Assembly: GCA_963753975.1 (NCBI GenBank)
Contig: CAVWEH010000005.1
Coordinates: 1 to 64,000, forward strand
DNA from: an uncultured delta proteobacterium
GTDB taxonomy: Bacteria > Desulfobacterota > Syntrophia > Syntrophales > Smithellaceae
Reading direction: 5' to 3'
Length of the DNA stretch: 64,000 nt
Shown here: positions 19,430 to 28,332 of the stretch, piece after piece
Layout: every line of letters begins with the position of its first letter
Position numbering within the stretch: position 1 is the first letter of the stretch
Made by a program: the position numbers and the translations under genes
Notes under the pieces: model-generated
What the model saw: the letters and a program-made list of their open reading frames with translations, nothing else
Told to the model about the DNA's origin: nothing
Databases searched by the model: none

Positions 19430-20659
19430 TTATTCGCGCAGGCGCGGCTTGTAGGTCCCGTCTGCTTTTTCCTTATCCATTACTTTTTTAAGCATTTTAA
19501 ACATTTTATAGTTTTGCGACTCTTCCTCGTAGAACTTGTCCCAGCAATAGTAATACATTTCCTGCAGCTTTTCCGGTGTCATTGTTTTGGGCTGAAACAC
19601 CACTTTGCCGCAGGTGTAATCATTCCAATCATAGGACAATATTCTCTTGGCGTTATGCAAATCATCGAAAGTCCGGGTATGCGGGAAAGGCGTAAGAATC
19701 GTAAATTCCGCCATGTCCAGCTCGATATCTAGCAGAAAATCCATCCACTTTTTAATGTAATCCTCGGTGTGATAATCAAGCCCCAGTAAAATGCTGCCTT
19801 CTACCGCTATTCCGTAATCATGGTAACGCTTAATGCGGTCACGGATGAAGTCGGATGAATCAAAAATCGCCTGATAGACAAACCAAGCGCCGGCTTGGGC
19901 TGCCAGATCCAGCACCTGGTCGTCATTTTCAATCGGATGACAGCACCAATTCTTTTTTAGCGGGATCATTTCCCTAAACAAACCAACTTCCCATTCTTTG
20001 TCCTGCGCCAGTGAATTATCGACAATGAAAAGCCGGTTATTGTCGATATTAGCCATCTCCTCTACCACCTTATCATAGGGACGAGGACGAAATTTCCTAC
20101 CGCCTAAAAACCGGACACAACAGGGATAACAATTAAAGCGACACCCGCGCGAGGCGTGCACCAAATCTACCATCTGCACACCGCGATAATTATACAGGTC
20201 TCTTTTTAATATGCTACGTCTGGCAGTGCCTACGCTTTCGATCGGCGGAAAATCATGCATGTAATTATAAACTTTCTGCAGTTTTCCTTCTTTGAAATCT
20301 TCGAAGACCTTCTCCAGACGGCCTTCGACTTCGCCCAGAAAAACGGCATCGGCATGCTCTTGCGTTTCTTCGGAATGCAGCATCGTGGCAATGCCGCCGA
20401 ACATTACTTTGATTCCTTTTTTGCGGAAAATATCGGCTATTTCCCAACCGCGTTTGATCTGAGTGGTAAGCATCATCGAAATTCCGACAAAATCGGTATC
20501 TGCATCAAAATCAACCGCCTGCACATTTTCGTCAATAAATTCCACATCCACATAATCAGGCAGGGCTGCGGCCATTACGACCGGTCCGTGCGGCGGTAAC
20601 GTAAAGCGCGTTTGCCGGGCTAACTTTTCCCACTTGGGATAAATCAATTTAAATCTCAT
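19430..20659 (-). CDS. B12-binding domain radical SAM protein
   Basis: SRGCRFNCYPC motif, N-terminal B12-binding region (FGGIA), TPFPHT. Confidence 0.87.
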   Translation of the reverse strand: MRFKLIYPKWEKLARQTRFTLPPHGPVVMAAALPDYVDVEFIDENVQAVDFDADTDFVGISMMLTTQIKRGWEIADIFRKKGIKVMFGGIATMLHSEETQEHADAVFLGEVEGRLEKVFEDFKEGKLQKVYNYMHDFPPIESVGTARRSILKRDLYNYRGVQMVDLVHASRGCRFNCYPCCVRFLGGRKFRPRPYDKVVEEMANIDNNRLFIVDNSLAQDKEWEVGLFREMIPLKKNWCCHPIENDDQVLDLAAQAGAWFVYQAIFDSSDFIRDRIKRYHDYGIAVEGSILLGLDYHTEDYIKKWMDFLLDIELDMAEFTILTPFPHTRTFDDLHNAKRILSYDWNDYTCGKVVFQPKTMTPEKLQEMYYYCWDKFYEEESQNYKMFKMLKKVMDKEKADGTYKPRLRE

Positions 20660-20776
20660 ACTTCCTCTTTTTCCATCAATTTATTGCAATATTGTCTTGG
20701 CAATAAAGCAATTCATTTTTGTCCTCCGCCCGCCTCACCTTTTTTTTCATCAGAGCTTCGCACGATACGCTTCCGT

Positions 20777-22300
20777 TTAATTATCTTCAAGCTGTTTTTT
20801 TAAAATCCTTTTTAAGACCTTCCCTGCTTGATTGCGGGGAAAGTCATCAACAAAAAATATCCTTTGGGGAATTTTATAATGTGCGATTTTCTCTTGCAGC
20901 GCGGTCAAGATATCACTTTCCGTAATTCGGAGATTTTTATGAAGGATGACAAAAGCACCAACTATTTCACCTCTTTTGTGATCGGGCATTCCCACTACAG
21001 CCGTTTCCTTGATCTGCGGCAGGGATTGCAGAGCTCTTTCCACTTCCGCCGGATAGATATTTTCACCGGAAGATATAATCATTTCCACTTTTCGGCCGAC
21101 AATATAAATGAATCCGTCTTCATCGCGCCGCCCCATATCTCCCGTATGAAACCAATCATCCTGCATAGCTGATGCGATCGTAGTATCTTTACGCCAGTAA
21201 CCTGCAAAAACGTTTGGCCCCTGTACGATAATTTCTCCGGCTTCGTTTGGCCGCAGATTATTTCCTTTTTCGTCAACAATGCGCAGGTTTACGTGAAATA
21301 CTTCTTTGCCGACAGAACCGGCCTTGTTGATGGAATCTTCCAGATCGAGTGAAGTGAGCCTGCCCGTTTCCGTGAGTGCGTACCCCTGAACGAAACCAAC
21401 GTTCTTTTCTTCCTGATATTTCTTTATTATCGGCAGAGGAATCGGGGCACCGCCGGAAATAAAAAAATGAACATGCCCAAGATCGGCATCCTTCCATTCT
21501 TCCACTTCCGTCATCATTTGAAACATAACCGGTACGGCGAACATGTAATTTATTTTTTCCTTGCAGATAATGCTCAAAACTTCAGCAGCACTGTAAAAAC
21601 TGCTGATCATAATACTTCCCCCGGCGTAAACAATGGGGGTTACGGAAGCGGCTAAGGCGCCAATGTGAAAAAGCGGCGCGACTACCAGTGATTTATAAGA
21701 CCGGTTAACTCCATAGCCCAAAAGAGAATGAATTGCTCCGAACAAGATATTCTGATGGGTTAATACCGCACCTTTCGGATCGCCGGTTGTGCCGGAAGTA
21801 TACATGATAAAAAGAGGATCGTTCAAATCGACACTTACCTCCGATAGAGGTTCCGACTCCGGAAAATTATTTACATACTCTAAAAATACGGAATCGTTTT
21901 TAAGTGCTTTCCCTCCGAGAGACATGTACCGCTTAAGTCCAAGATCAGCGGCCTTAATTTCCTGAATCTTGGGGGCAAACTCGGAAGAATAAATTAGAGT
22001 GGAAGGTTGGGAATCACTAAGAATATATATAAGCTCCGGTACCGCCAAACGAAAATTCAAGGGAACCATAATTGCGCCTGTTTTTGCGCACGCAAAAAAC
22101 ACTTCAAGAAATTCACTGCAGTTGGACATCAAGATGGCCACGCGATCTCCTTTTGTTATTCCTAAATGACCTAACGCGTGCGCCGTTTTGTTCACCCTTT
22201 CGTTAAACTGCCGATTATTGTAAATTTTGTTTTTTTCAGTTAAAAACGGCTTATCCGCTTGAATTATTGCTCTTTTACTTATCCACTCTCCGATGTTCAA
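20777..22300 (-). CDS. Acyl/aryl-CoA ligase (AMP-binding)
   Basis: YTSGTTGDPKG, GYALTE, TGDMG, GENIYPAEVE; TTG start with GGAG RBS. Confidence 0.92.
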   Translation of the reverse strand: MNIGEWISKRAIIQADKPFLTEKNKIYNNRQFNERVNKTAHALGHLGITKGDRVAILMSNCSEFLEVFFACAKTGAIMVPLNFRLAVPELIYILSDSQPSTLIYSSEFAPKIQEIKAADLGLKRYMSLGGKALKNDSVFLEYVNNFPESEPLSEVSVDLNDPLFIMYTSGTTGDPKGAVLTHQNILFGAIHSLLGYGVNRSYKSLVVAPLFHIGALAASVTPIVYAGGSIMISSFYSAAEVLSIICKEKINYMFAVPVMFQMMTEVEEWKDADLGHVHFFISGGAPIPLPIIKKYQEEKNVGFVQGYALTETGRLTSLDLEDSINKAGSVGKEVFHVNLRIVDEKGNNLRPNEAGEIIVQGPNVFAGYWRKDTTIASAMQDDWFHTGDMGRRDEDGFIYIVGRKVEMIISSGENIYPAEVERALQSLPQIKETAVVGMPDHKRGEIVGAFVILHKNLRITESDILTALQEKIAHYKIPQRIFFVDDFPRNQAGKVLKRILKKQLEDN

Positions 22301-22312
22301 ATTTCTGCTCCC

Positions 22313-23563
22313 TTATTTATCGTCATTGGCAAAAACTAAATACACATAAGTCCCACCAAAAGAAATACCGGCAAGTATCGCATTATTTATTCTCATTCCT
22401 CTTTTATCACCCGTAACAAATCCCAACGGTTGGATAGGCTTTGCAAGTCCGACTGTCGGAGGCATAATATTTTTCTCCATGGATAAAGCCAAGGCACAAG
22501 CTCGTATTCCCCCACTGGAAAAACTTTCTCCAATAGCACCTTTGAGGGAAGTAATCGACGGTTGTTTTCCCAAATCCATAAAAATTCCGGCGTAGGCTTC
22601 AGCCTCAACGGCATCCAGAACTTTGCCGCCGTTGGCGGCCGCGTAAATAGCCTCAATATCACGTGCTCTAACTTCGGCATTTTGCAGCGCTCGACCAATT
22701 GTTCGTTTTATGCCGGCCGGATCATCCGGCCAAGCGGTGGGACCTGTGGGAGATGAGCCCATTCCAAATCCTTTTATTTCACAATACGGTTTATGGCTTC
22801 TTCTTTCCGCCGATTCCCAGCTTTCCAGGCAAACTATGCCGCATCCTTCTCCAACTACAATTCCGTTACGGGCTTCATCAAATGGCCGGCACGCTTCTTT
22901 GCCTCTATCCAGGGGAGAAAGACCGCGAAATCTGCTCAGTGCTTCATAATAAAATTTTGATAAAATATCTACTCCACCGGTCAGCACAAAATCGGCAGTG
23001 CCGCGCCGGATTTCTTCTACAGCATACGCCAGAGCCGTCTCTGCGGAAACAGCAAAATGCGTTATCGTTGTATTGACACCGCGAAATCCCAGTTCAATGG
23101 AAGCATGCCCTGCCGGAGCGTTCATAACCGTGTTCGGCACTAAAATCGGATTGACAAAAGCCGGCCCGTGAACGAGCAGTGTTCCCGCAAACTGAACGGT
23201 CACATCGGTCGCGCCGAAAGAAGTACCCAAAATAATACCGACGCGGTCACGATTTTCTTCATTTATTTTAATTCCCGCATCATCCAAAGCGAGGCGCGCA
23301 GCAGCAGTTAATATTGAGGATGTTCTATCCATCCGCCGCAGATTTTTTACGGAGATAAAATCACGCGGTACGAAAGCGGTTACTTCCGCTCCCAAATGCG
23401 ACTTGCAGGAACTCGTATCAAAAGCTTTTATTGCCTCGATGGCGCATTCGCCGGCAAAGAGCCTCCTGCTGAATTCTTCTTTGCCGATACCCAAAGGGGT
23501 TACGACACCTAAGCCTGTAATGACAACCTTAGTAGCCTTACGCGTCCGGCACTTTTTATTCAT
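22313..23563 (-). CDS. Full-length ketosynthase-like chain-length factor (non-catalytic)
   Basis: KS fold with the triad lost: THFAVSA (no Cys), AANG for HGTG, GES for GH. Confidence 0.82.
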   Translation of the reverse strand: MNKKCRTRKATKVVITGLGVVTPLGIGKEEFSRRLFAGECAIEAIKAFDTSSCKSHLGAEVTAFVPRDFISVKNLRRMDRTSSILTAAARLALDDAGIKINEENRDRVGIILGTSFGATDVTVQFAGTLLVHGPAFVNPILVPNTVMNAPAGHASIELGFRGVNTTITHFAVSAETALAYAVEEIRRGTADFVLTGGVDILSKFYYEALSRFRGLSPLDRGKEACRPFDEARNGIVVGEGCGIVCLESWESAERRSHKPYCEIKGFGMGSSPTGPTAWPDDPAGIKRTIGRALQNAEVRARDIEAIYAAANGGKVLDAVEAEAYAGIFMDLGKQPSITSLKGAIGESFSSGGIRACALALSMEKNIMPPTVGLAKPIQPLGFVTGDKRGMRINNAILAGISFGGTYVYLVFANDDK

Positions 23564-24806
23564 TACCGACGTCTCCTTCGGTATATTTGCCAAAAATAAT
23601 AGTAGTATTATTTCCTCCGAAAGCAAACGAATTGGAAAGAGCTGTATGTAAGGGGGTATATCTTACGCCGTCGATCACATAATCTAAATCGCATAAGGGA
23701 TCTGCAGCGCGGTAATTTATCGTCGGAGGGATAAACCCGTTTTGTAAGGAAAGCACGCAAACTATTCCTTCCAAAGCGCCTGCAGCCCCCAGAGTGTGCG
23801 CGTGCATCGATTTAGTTGAGCTTATCGGGATCGAATAAGCGCGTTTGCCAAATACTTCTTTAATTGCTTTTGTCTCCATAACATCGTTAACCGCCGTAGC
23901 CGTGCCGTGTGCGTTGATGTAATCAATATTATCGATGGAAAGACCGCTGTCTTTTAGCGCGGCGCGCATGGAGCGAACGGCACCGGAAGCCTGCTCATCA
24001 GGAGCAGTCATGTGAAAAGAATCGCAGGTAACACCATAGCCTAAGATTTCTCCATAAATTTTTGCTCCTCTATTCAAAGCGGCATCCAGCGGCTCTAAAA
24101 CCATTATGGCTGCCGCCTCGCCTAAAGAAAGACCGTTGCGGTTTTTATCAAAAGGCCGGCAGACTTCCGGATCAACGGATTTTAAGGCGTTAAAAGCTGC
24201 GTAAGTGATCCGGCACATGGGTTCTACTCCGCCGGTAAGCATGACGGAAGCGTAATTGTGAACAATTAAGTCCCGCGCATACCCTAGCGCCGTTGCTCCA
24301 GCGGAGCAGGCCGTCATGAAAGTTGTTTTGGGCCCCATAAGACCTAAAGTGGAAGCAATGCGATCGGCAGATGAAGCACAATAAACACTGGAGAGCCGGG
24401 AAAACCGCGCCCGGCGAACTCCTTTTTTCAGCATTTCGCTGTAGAAGTTTTCCGCTTCCCAGAGTCCGCCCGAACCGCCGCCGATCGCAACTCCCATTTC
24501 TTCTTTTAATTGATCTGGAAGAGGATAAAGGCCGGCATCGCGCAGGGCTTCAAGAGTCGCGGCAAAAGATAGCATATCCGCTCGTGACATTCTTTTGATC
24601 GACAAATCCCGGGGTATGTAATCCTGGACTGTAAAATTCTTGACCTGACCGCCGTTTTTGCTGCGGAATCCGGTTGTATCAAAGAGGTCTATCGCCTTAA
24701 TGCCGCAGGAACCTTCCTTAAGCGCACGGACGAATTGCGGAACATTATTGGCAACAGCATTTAATGTTCCCAAACCGGTAATAACAATACGTCTATTCTT
24801 GTTCAT
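23556..24806 (-). CDS. FabF-like beta-ketoacyl-ACP synthase (active KS)
   Basis: TACSAG, NAHGT, KSMHAHTLGAAG, NSFAFGG. Confidence 0.93.
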   Translation of the reverse strand: MNKNRRIVITGLGTLNAVANNVPQFVRALKEGSCGIKAIDLFDTTGFRSKNGGQVKNFTVQDYIPRDLSIKRMSRADMLSFAATLEALRDAGLYPLPDQLKEEMGVAIGGGSGGLWEAENFYSEMLKKGVRRARFSRLSSVYCASSADRIASTLGLMGPKTTFMTACSAGATALGYARDLIVHNYASVMLTGGVEPMCRITYAAFNALKSVDPEVCRPFDKNRNGLSLGEAAAIMVLEPLDAALNRGAKIYGEILGYGVTCDSFHMTAPDEQASGAVRSMRAALKDSGLSIDNIDYINAHGTATAVNDVMETKAIKEVFGKRAYSIPISSTKSMHAHTLGAAGALEGIVCVLSLQNGFIPPTINYRAADPLCDLDYVIDGVRYTPLHTALSNSFAFGGNNTTIIFGKYTEGDVGNE

Positions 24807-24852
24807 TTTAATAAATCAGTATTAACCTTTGCGACTTGTTTCAGGTGGATGA

Positions 24853-24881
24853 AACTTAAATTGGGTATAAAAAAAAGTCAA
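24853..24881 (-). promoter_or_regulatory. Candidate sigma70 promoter of the PKS/FAS cluster
   Basis: TTGACT-17-TAAGTT upstream of the first KS. Confidence 0.45.
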
Positions 24882-25068
24882 GTGAATAACCATCTACATT
24901 AGAGAGTATAACTTGATTTATAGTCGGACAATGAGTGCTACCGGCATTTGATATTAGATAACGTTCTTCAAGAGTTGTTTTACCATAAGTTAAGAGGTGA
25001 GAAAGTCCGGCAAGGACAGAGAAAAAAATGCATCAATTTATTTTAATGCCTGAAAGCATTCAAAGCGA

Positions 25069-25105
25069 AGGCGAAAGATAACCTAATGCAGGCTATCTTT
25101 CGCCT
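25069..25105 (-). terminator. Hairpin, probable terminator after the TRAP operon
   Basis: AGGCGAAAGATA..TATCTTTCGCCT 12-bp inverted repeat. Confidence 0.6.
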
Positions 25106-25136
25106 CATGTATTTTAATATTCTGAATTTCCGTTAT

Positions 25137-26462
25137 TTACCCGTATAATACCGTCGGTAGAAAAAGAACGATTTCGGGAAATGATGTAAAAACCATCAGT
25201 CCAATCAATTGCAAAAGAAGGAAGGGCAAAACGCCGCGATAAATATGCCCCCAATTTATACCTTCAATTTTCATTCCCGCTAAATAAAAAAGCGCGTAGC
25301 CAAAAGGCGGGGCAAGAAAGGATATTTGCAGATACATAGCCATCATGATAACGAACCAGACCATATCAAATCCCATCAATCGCGCAATCGGCAGGAATAT
25401 CGGGAAAGTAAGAAATATTAGGCCGACCCAGTCGATGAAGCACCCCAAAATAACCAGCAAAATCATCATCACAAAATAAAGTCCCCATTTGCCCAGCCCG
25501 ATAGACGTCAATGATTCGACCACGGCTGTTCCACCACCCATACCTAAAAAAATCCCGGTAAAACAAGATGCTCCGACCATAATTATTAGAACCATCGTAC
25601 TTGCTTTTGCCGTCTGGTAAAGGCAGGACAGGAATTCTTCCCAGGTAAAACGCCGATAAAGTAAGACTAAGACAAAAGCCAGGCTGGCACCGATTCCTGC
25701 TGCTTGCGTGGGTGAGGCAAAACCAAAAAATATTGCCCCCATAACACCTACAATTAAAGCTAAAGGCAACAGGGAATAAATAATAAAGTCCATTAACCTG
25801 TCGCTGAAAGGCATCAGCGCGATTTCTTCCGCGGGAATAGGCGGGCCCAGTTCCGGATGGAGGCCGCAGCGAATACGTACATACAGCATGTAAAGAATGG
25901 CCAGAGAAATACCCGGAACGATAGCTGCCGCCAGAATGTTACTTACCGGCAGACCTGCCTGGTCGCCCATGACAACGAGCATAATACTGGGTGGAATCAT
26001 AAGACCCAGTGTCCCTCCGGCGGCAATCATGCCCATAGTCAGTTCTTTTTGATAGCCGTAGCGCAATAGCATGGGGCCGGTAAGCAGGCCTACGGTAACA
26101 ACGGATGCGCCTACTATTCCAATACAGGCGGCCAGCATGATACAAACAGCCAAAACCGCGACGCCTAAACCACCGCGAATTGATCCCAAGAAATAGCGCA
26201 AAGATTCAAATAGTCTATCGGCTATGCCGGAAATAGTCAGCAAATTACCCATAAAAATAAACAGCGTAATGGCAACCAGCGTAAAGTTGCCCATGATACC
26301 TACGAAAATTCGGTCCATAAAGGTGTTGAAAAAAGCCGTTCCCATGACAAAATAACCGAATACAGTTCCCACTCCTCCAAGGACAAAAGCCAATGGATGT
26401 CCGAGGAAGAAAAAGATAATGACGGCGAGAAGCATTAAAATCGCTATCAACGTCACACTCAT
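25137..26462 (-). CDS. TRAP transporter large permease (DctM family)
   Basis: GGTLGLMIPPS, SPTQAAG, PPFG; highly hydrophobic. Confidence 0.93.
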   Translation of the reverse strand: MSVTLIAILMLLAVIIFFFLGHPLAFVLGGVGTVFGYFVMGTAFFNTFMDRIFVGIMGNFTLVAITLFIFMGNLLTISGIADRLFESLRYFLGSIRGGLGVAVLAVCIMLAACIGIVGASVVTVGLLTGPMLLRYGYQKELTMGMIAAGGTLGLMIPPSIMLVVMGDQAGLPVSNILAAAIVPGISLAILYMLYVRIRCGLHPELGPPIPAEEIALMPFSDRLMDFIIYSLLPLALIVGVMGAIFFGFASPTQAAGIGASLAFVLVLLYRRFTWEEFLSCLYQTAKASTMVLIIMVGASCFTGIFLGMGGGTAVVESLTSIGLGKWGLYFVMMILLVILGCFIDWVGLIFLTFPIFLPIARLMGFDMVWFVIMMAMYLQISFLAPPFGYALFYLAGMKIEGINWGHIYRGVLPFLLLQLIGLMVFTSFPEIVLFLPTVLYG

Positions 26463-26992
26463 TCGAACACCTCCTCAGATAATTCTGATAATATGCTAAT
26501 TGTTACAATGGACTTTATTACTTCCGACAGACCCTGCAATATCAAGAAAACAGCTGCTAACGGAATCACGAATTTGATAGGATATAAAATCGGCGCCCAG
26601 AGACTCCATGATTTTTCGGCAACCGACCAGGACGAATAGAAATAACCCCAGCCATAATAAAGCCAAACAATCATAAACGGGAAAAACAGGATAAGATAAC
26701 AAATAATGGAAATAACTGCCTGCGTTTTTGGGGAAAGACGGCTGGTAAAAAGATCAATGCGAACATGGGAACCGTAAAGCAAGCCATAACCGGCAACCAG
26801 CATAAAGTGAGCGCCGAAAATAAAACTGCTTGATTCAAACGTCCAGATTGTAGGCACGTTCAATGTCCTTGTAATAAATTCAATGATAATTACTACGGCC
26901 AGCGGCACAACGAGCCAGGAAAAAATTCTGCCCGTCCATTCATTAATATTGTCAAGAAAATTAGATAATCTGACTAAGAAATCCCCTCCCAT
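26459..26992 (-). CDS. TRAP transporter small permease (DctQ family)
   Basis: HVRID motif, 4 TM segments. Confidence 0.92.
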   Translation of the reverse strand: MGGDFLVRLSNFLDNINEWTGRIFSWLVVPLAVVIIIEFITRTLNVPTIWTFESSSFIFGAHFMLVAGYGLLYGSHVRIDLFTSRLSPKTQAVISIICYLILFFPFMIVWLYYGWGYFYSSWSVAEKSWSLWAPILYPIKFVIPLAAVFLILQGLSEVIKSIVTISILSELSEEVFE

Positions 26993-27024
26993 TTTATGCT
27001 CCTCTTTTTTTTGGATTTTTATAA

Positions 27025-27056
27025 GGTTTTGCCGCAGATTTTATCTGCGGCAAACC
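27025..27056 (-). promoter_or_regulatory. Intercistronic hairpin after the TRAP binding-protein gene
   Basis: GGTTTTGCCGCAGAT TTT ATCTGCGGCAAACC. Confidence 0.6.
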
Positions 27057-27069
27057 ATACTTTAAAACC

Positions 27070-28170
27070 TTACTTCAAATTGGGCAATTTGGGCCACTTG
27101 GACGGATTTCGTCCCTGGGAGTAAGGCACTTCGTAATCCCGGGCATGGCTAAAATCCTTCATGTATTGGAACATGGAAGTGGCGACTTTATCATAATCGG
27201 GATTTTTAAGAGCTTCAGCAGCAATAAATTCCCATACCCAGTCTTCTATCTGAGCTAAATCCTTCGCGGAAAACTTGGTTACCTGGATACCTTTTTCCTG
27301 CCACTTCTTAAGAGCAAGAGAATTATCCCATTCAGACAGAGTGCTCATGGTCATAAGATTCTCAGTGGCGGCAACTTCTATAATTTTTTTCAAATCAGGA
27401 GGAAGAGTGTTCCAGGCATCTTTATTAATCATCACCCCGCCACTGCTGAAGGGCTGATTCCAGCCGGGACCGATGTTGTATTTAGTAACTTCAGCCAGAC
27501 CAATGCTCATGTCAATATTGGGTGTATTAAAAGCAGCGGCATCAATAGTTCCGGCCGCCAGGGCTTGAGCAATTTCCGCGGGCGCCGTCATTACCGGGGT
27601 AGCCCCGGCCTTCTGTAGGACGTAACCCGCAACTCTGCCGGACGTTCTAATTTTTTTACCTTTAAGATCCGCCAGACTTCGAATAGGCGTGCGCGAGCGG
27701 ATACCCGAAGCAACGCACGTAACGCCGGTAAGAAAATAAATCATGTTATATTTTCCGTACATGTAGTTAAAAATATCAGACCCGCCGCCATGGAGATACC
27801 AATTAATTAAATCATACTGGGACATCGCCATAGGTAATGATCCGAGCAGGTCAAACGCGGAGTTTTTGCCCGCCCAATAGCTGGCATAATCCTGTCCCAT
27901 TTCCGCCGCACCCTTTTCAACCGTATCAAAAACCGCGGACGTGGGAACAAGTTCTCCTGCCGCATAATCAGTAATTTGCAGGCGGCCGCCGCTGAGCTCA
28001 TAAACATTTTTAGCAAAGCGTTTTTCGCTTTGAGAGATAGACGAATACGACGGCCAGCAGGAAACCATCCTCCATTTTATTATTTGGGCGACAGCCGGGG
28101 CAGCAAATATTGTCATGGTCATGAAAACAGCGGCTATAATTATTACTATGATCCCATAGAATTTTTTCAT
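27070..28170 (-). CDS. TRAP substrate-binding protein (DctP/TakP-like)
   Basis: Signal peptide, KWRMVSCWP, SGGRLQI, YWAGK, DLKGKKIR. Confidence 0.92.
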   Translation of the reverse strand: MKKFYGIIVIIIAAVFMTMTIFAAPAVAQIIKWRMVSCWPSYSSISQSEKRFAKNVYELSGGRLQITDYAAGELVPTSAVFDTVEKGAAEMGQDYASYWAGKNSAFDLLGSLPMAMSQYDLINWYLHGGGSDIFNYMYGKYNMIYFLTGVTCVASGIRSRTPIRSLADLKGKKIRTSGRVAGYVLQKAGATPVMTAPAEIAQALAAGTIDAAAFNTPNIDMSIGLAEVTKYNIGPGWNQPFSSGGVMINKDAWNTLPPDLKKIIEVAATENLMTMSTLSEWDNSLALKKWQEKGIQVTKFSAKDLAQIEDWVWEFIAAEALKNPDYDKVATSMFQYMKDFSHARDYEVPYSQGRNPSKWPKLPNLK

Positions 28171-28332
28171 TCCAAATATCCTCCTTTTTTAAAAAATACT
28201 TTCTATTGTTCTATAATTTCTGCCTAAATCTTGATATTTTATAATGATTTTATTAAAACAACTGCATTCAAATTCACCAAGCCAAAGTTTTACTTATCCG
28301 CTGGTTGCTTCTTTTCTTCCTTCCACAAAATA

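Noticed and set aside
20777..22300. menE
   Set aside because: No men genes nearby; a cluster-specific ligase is more likely
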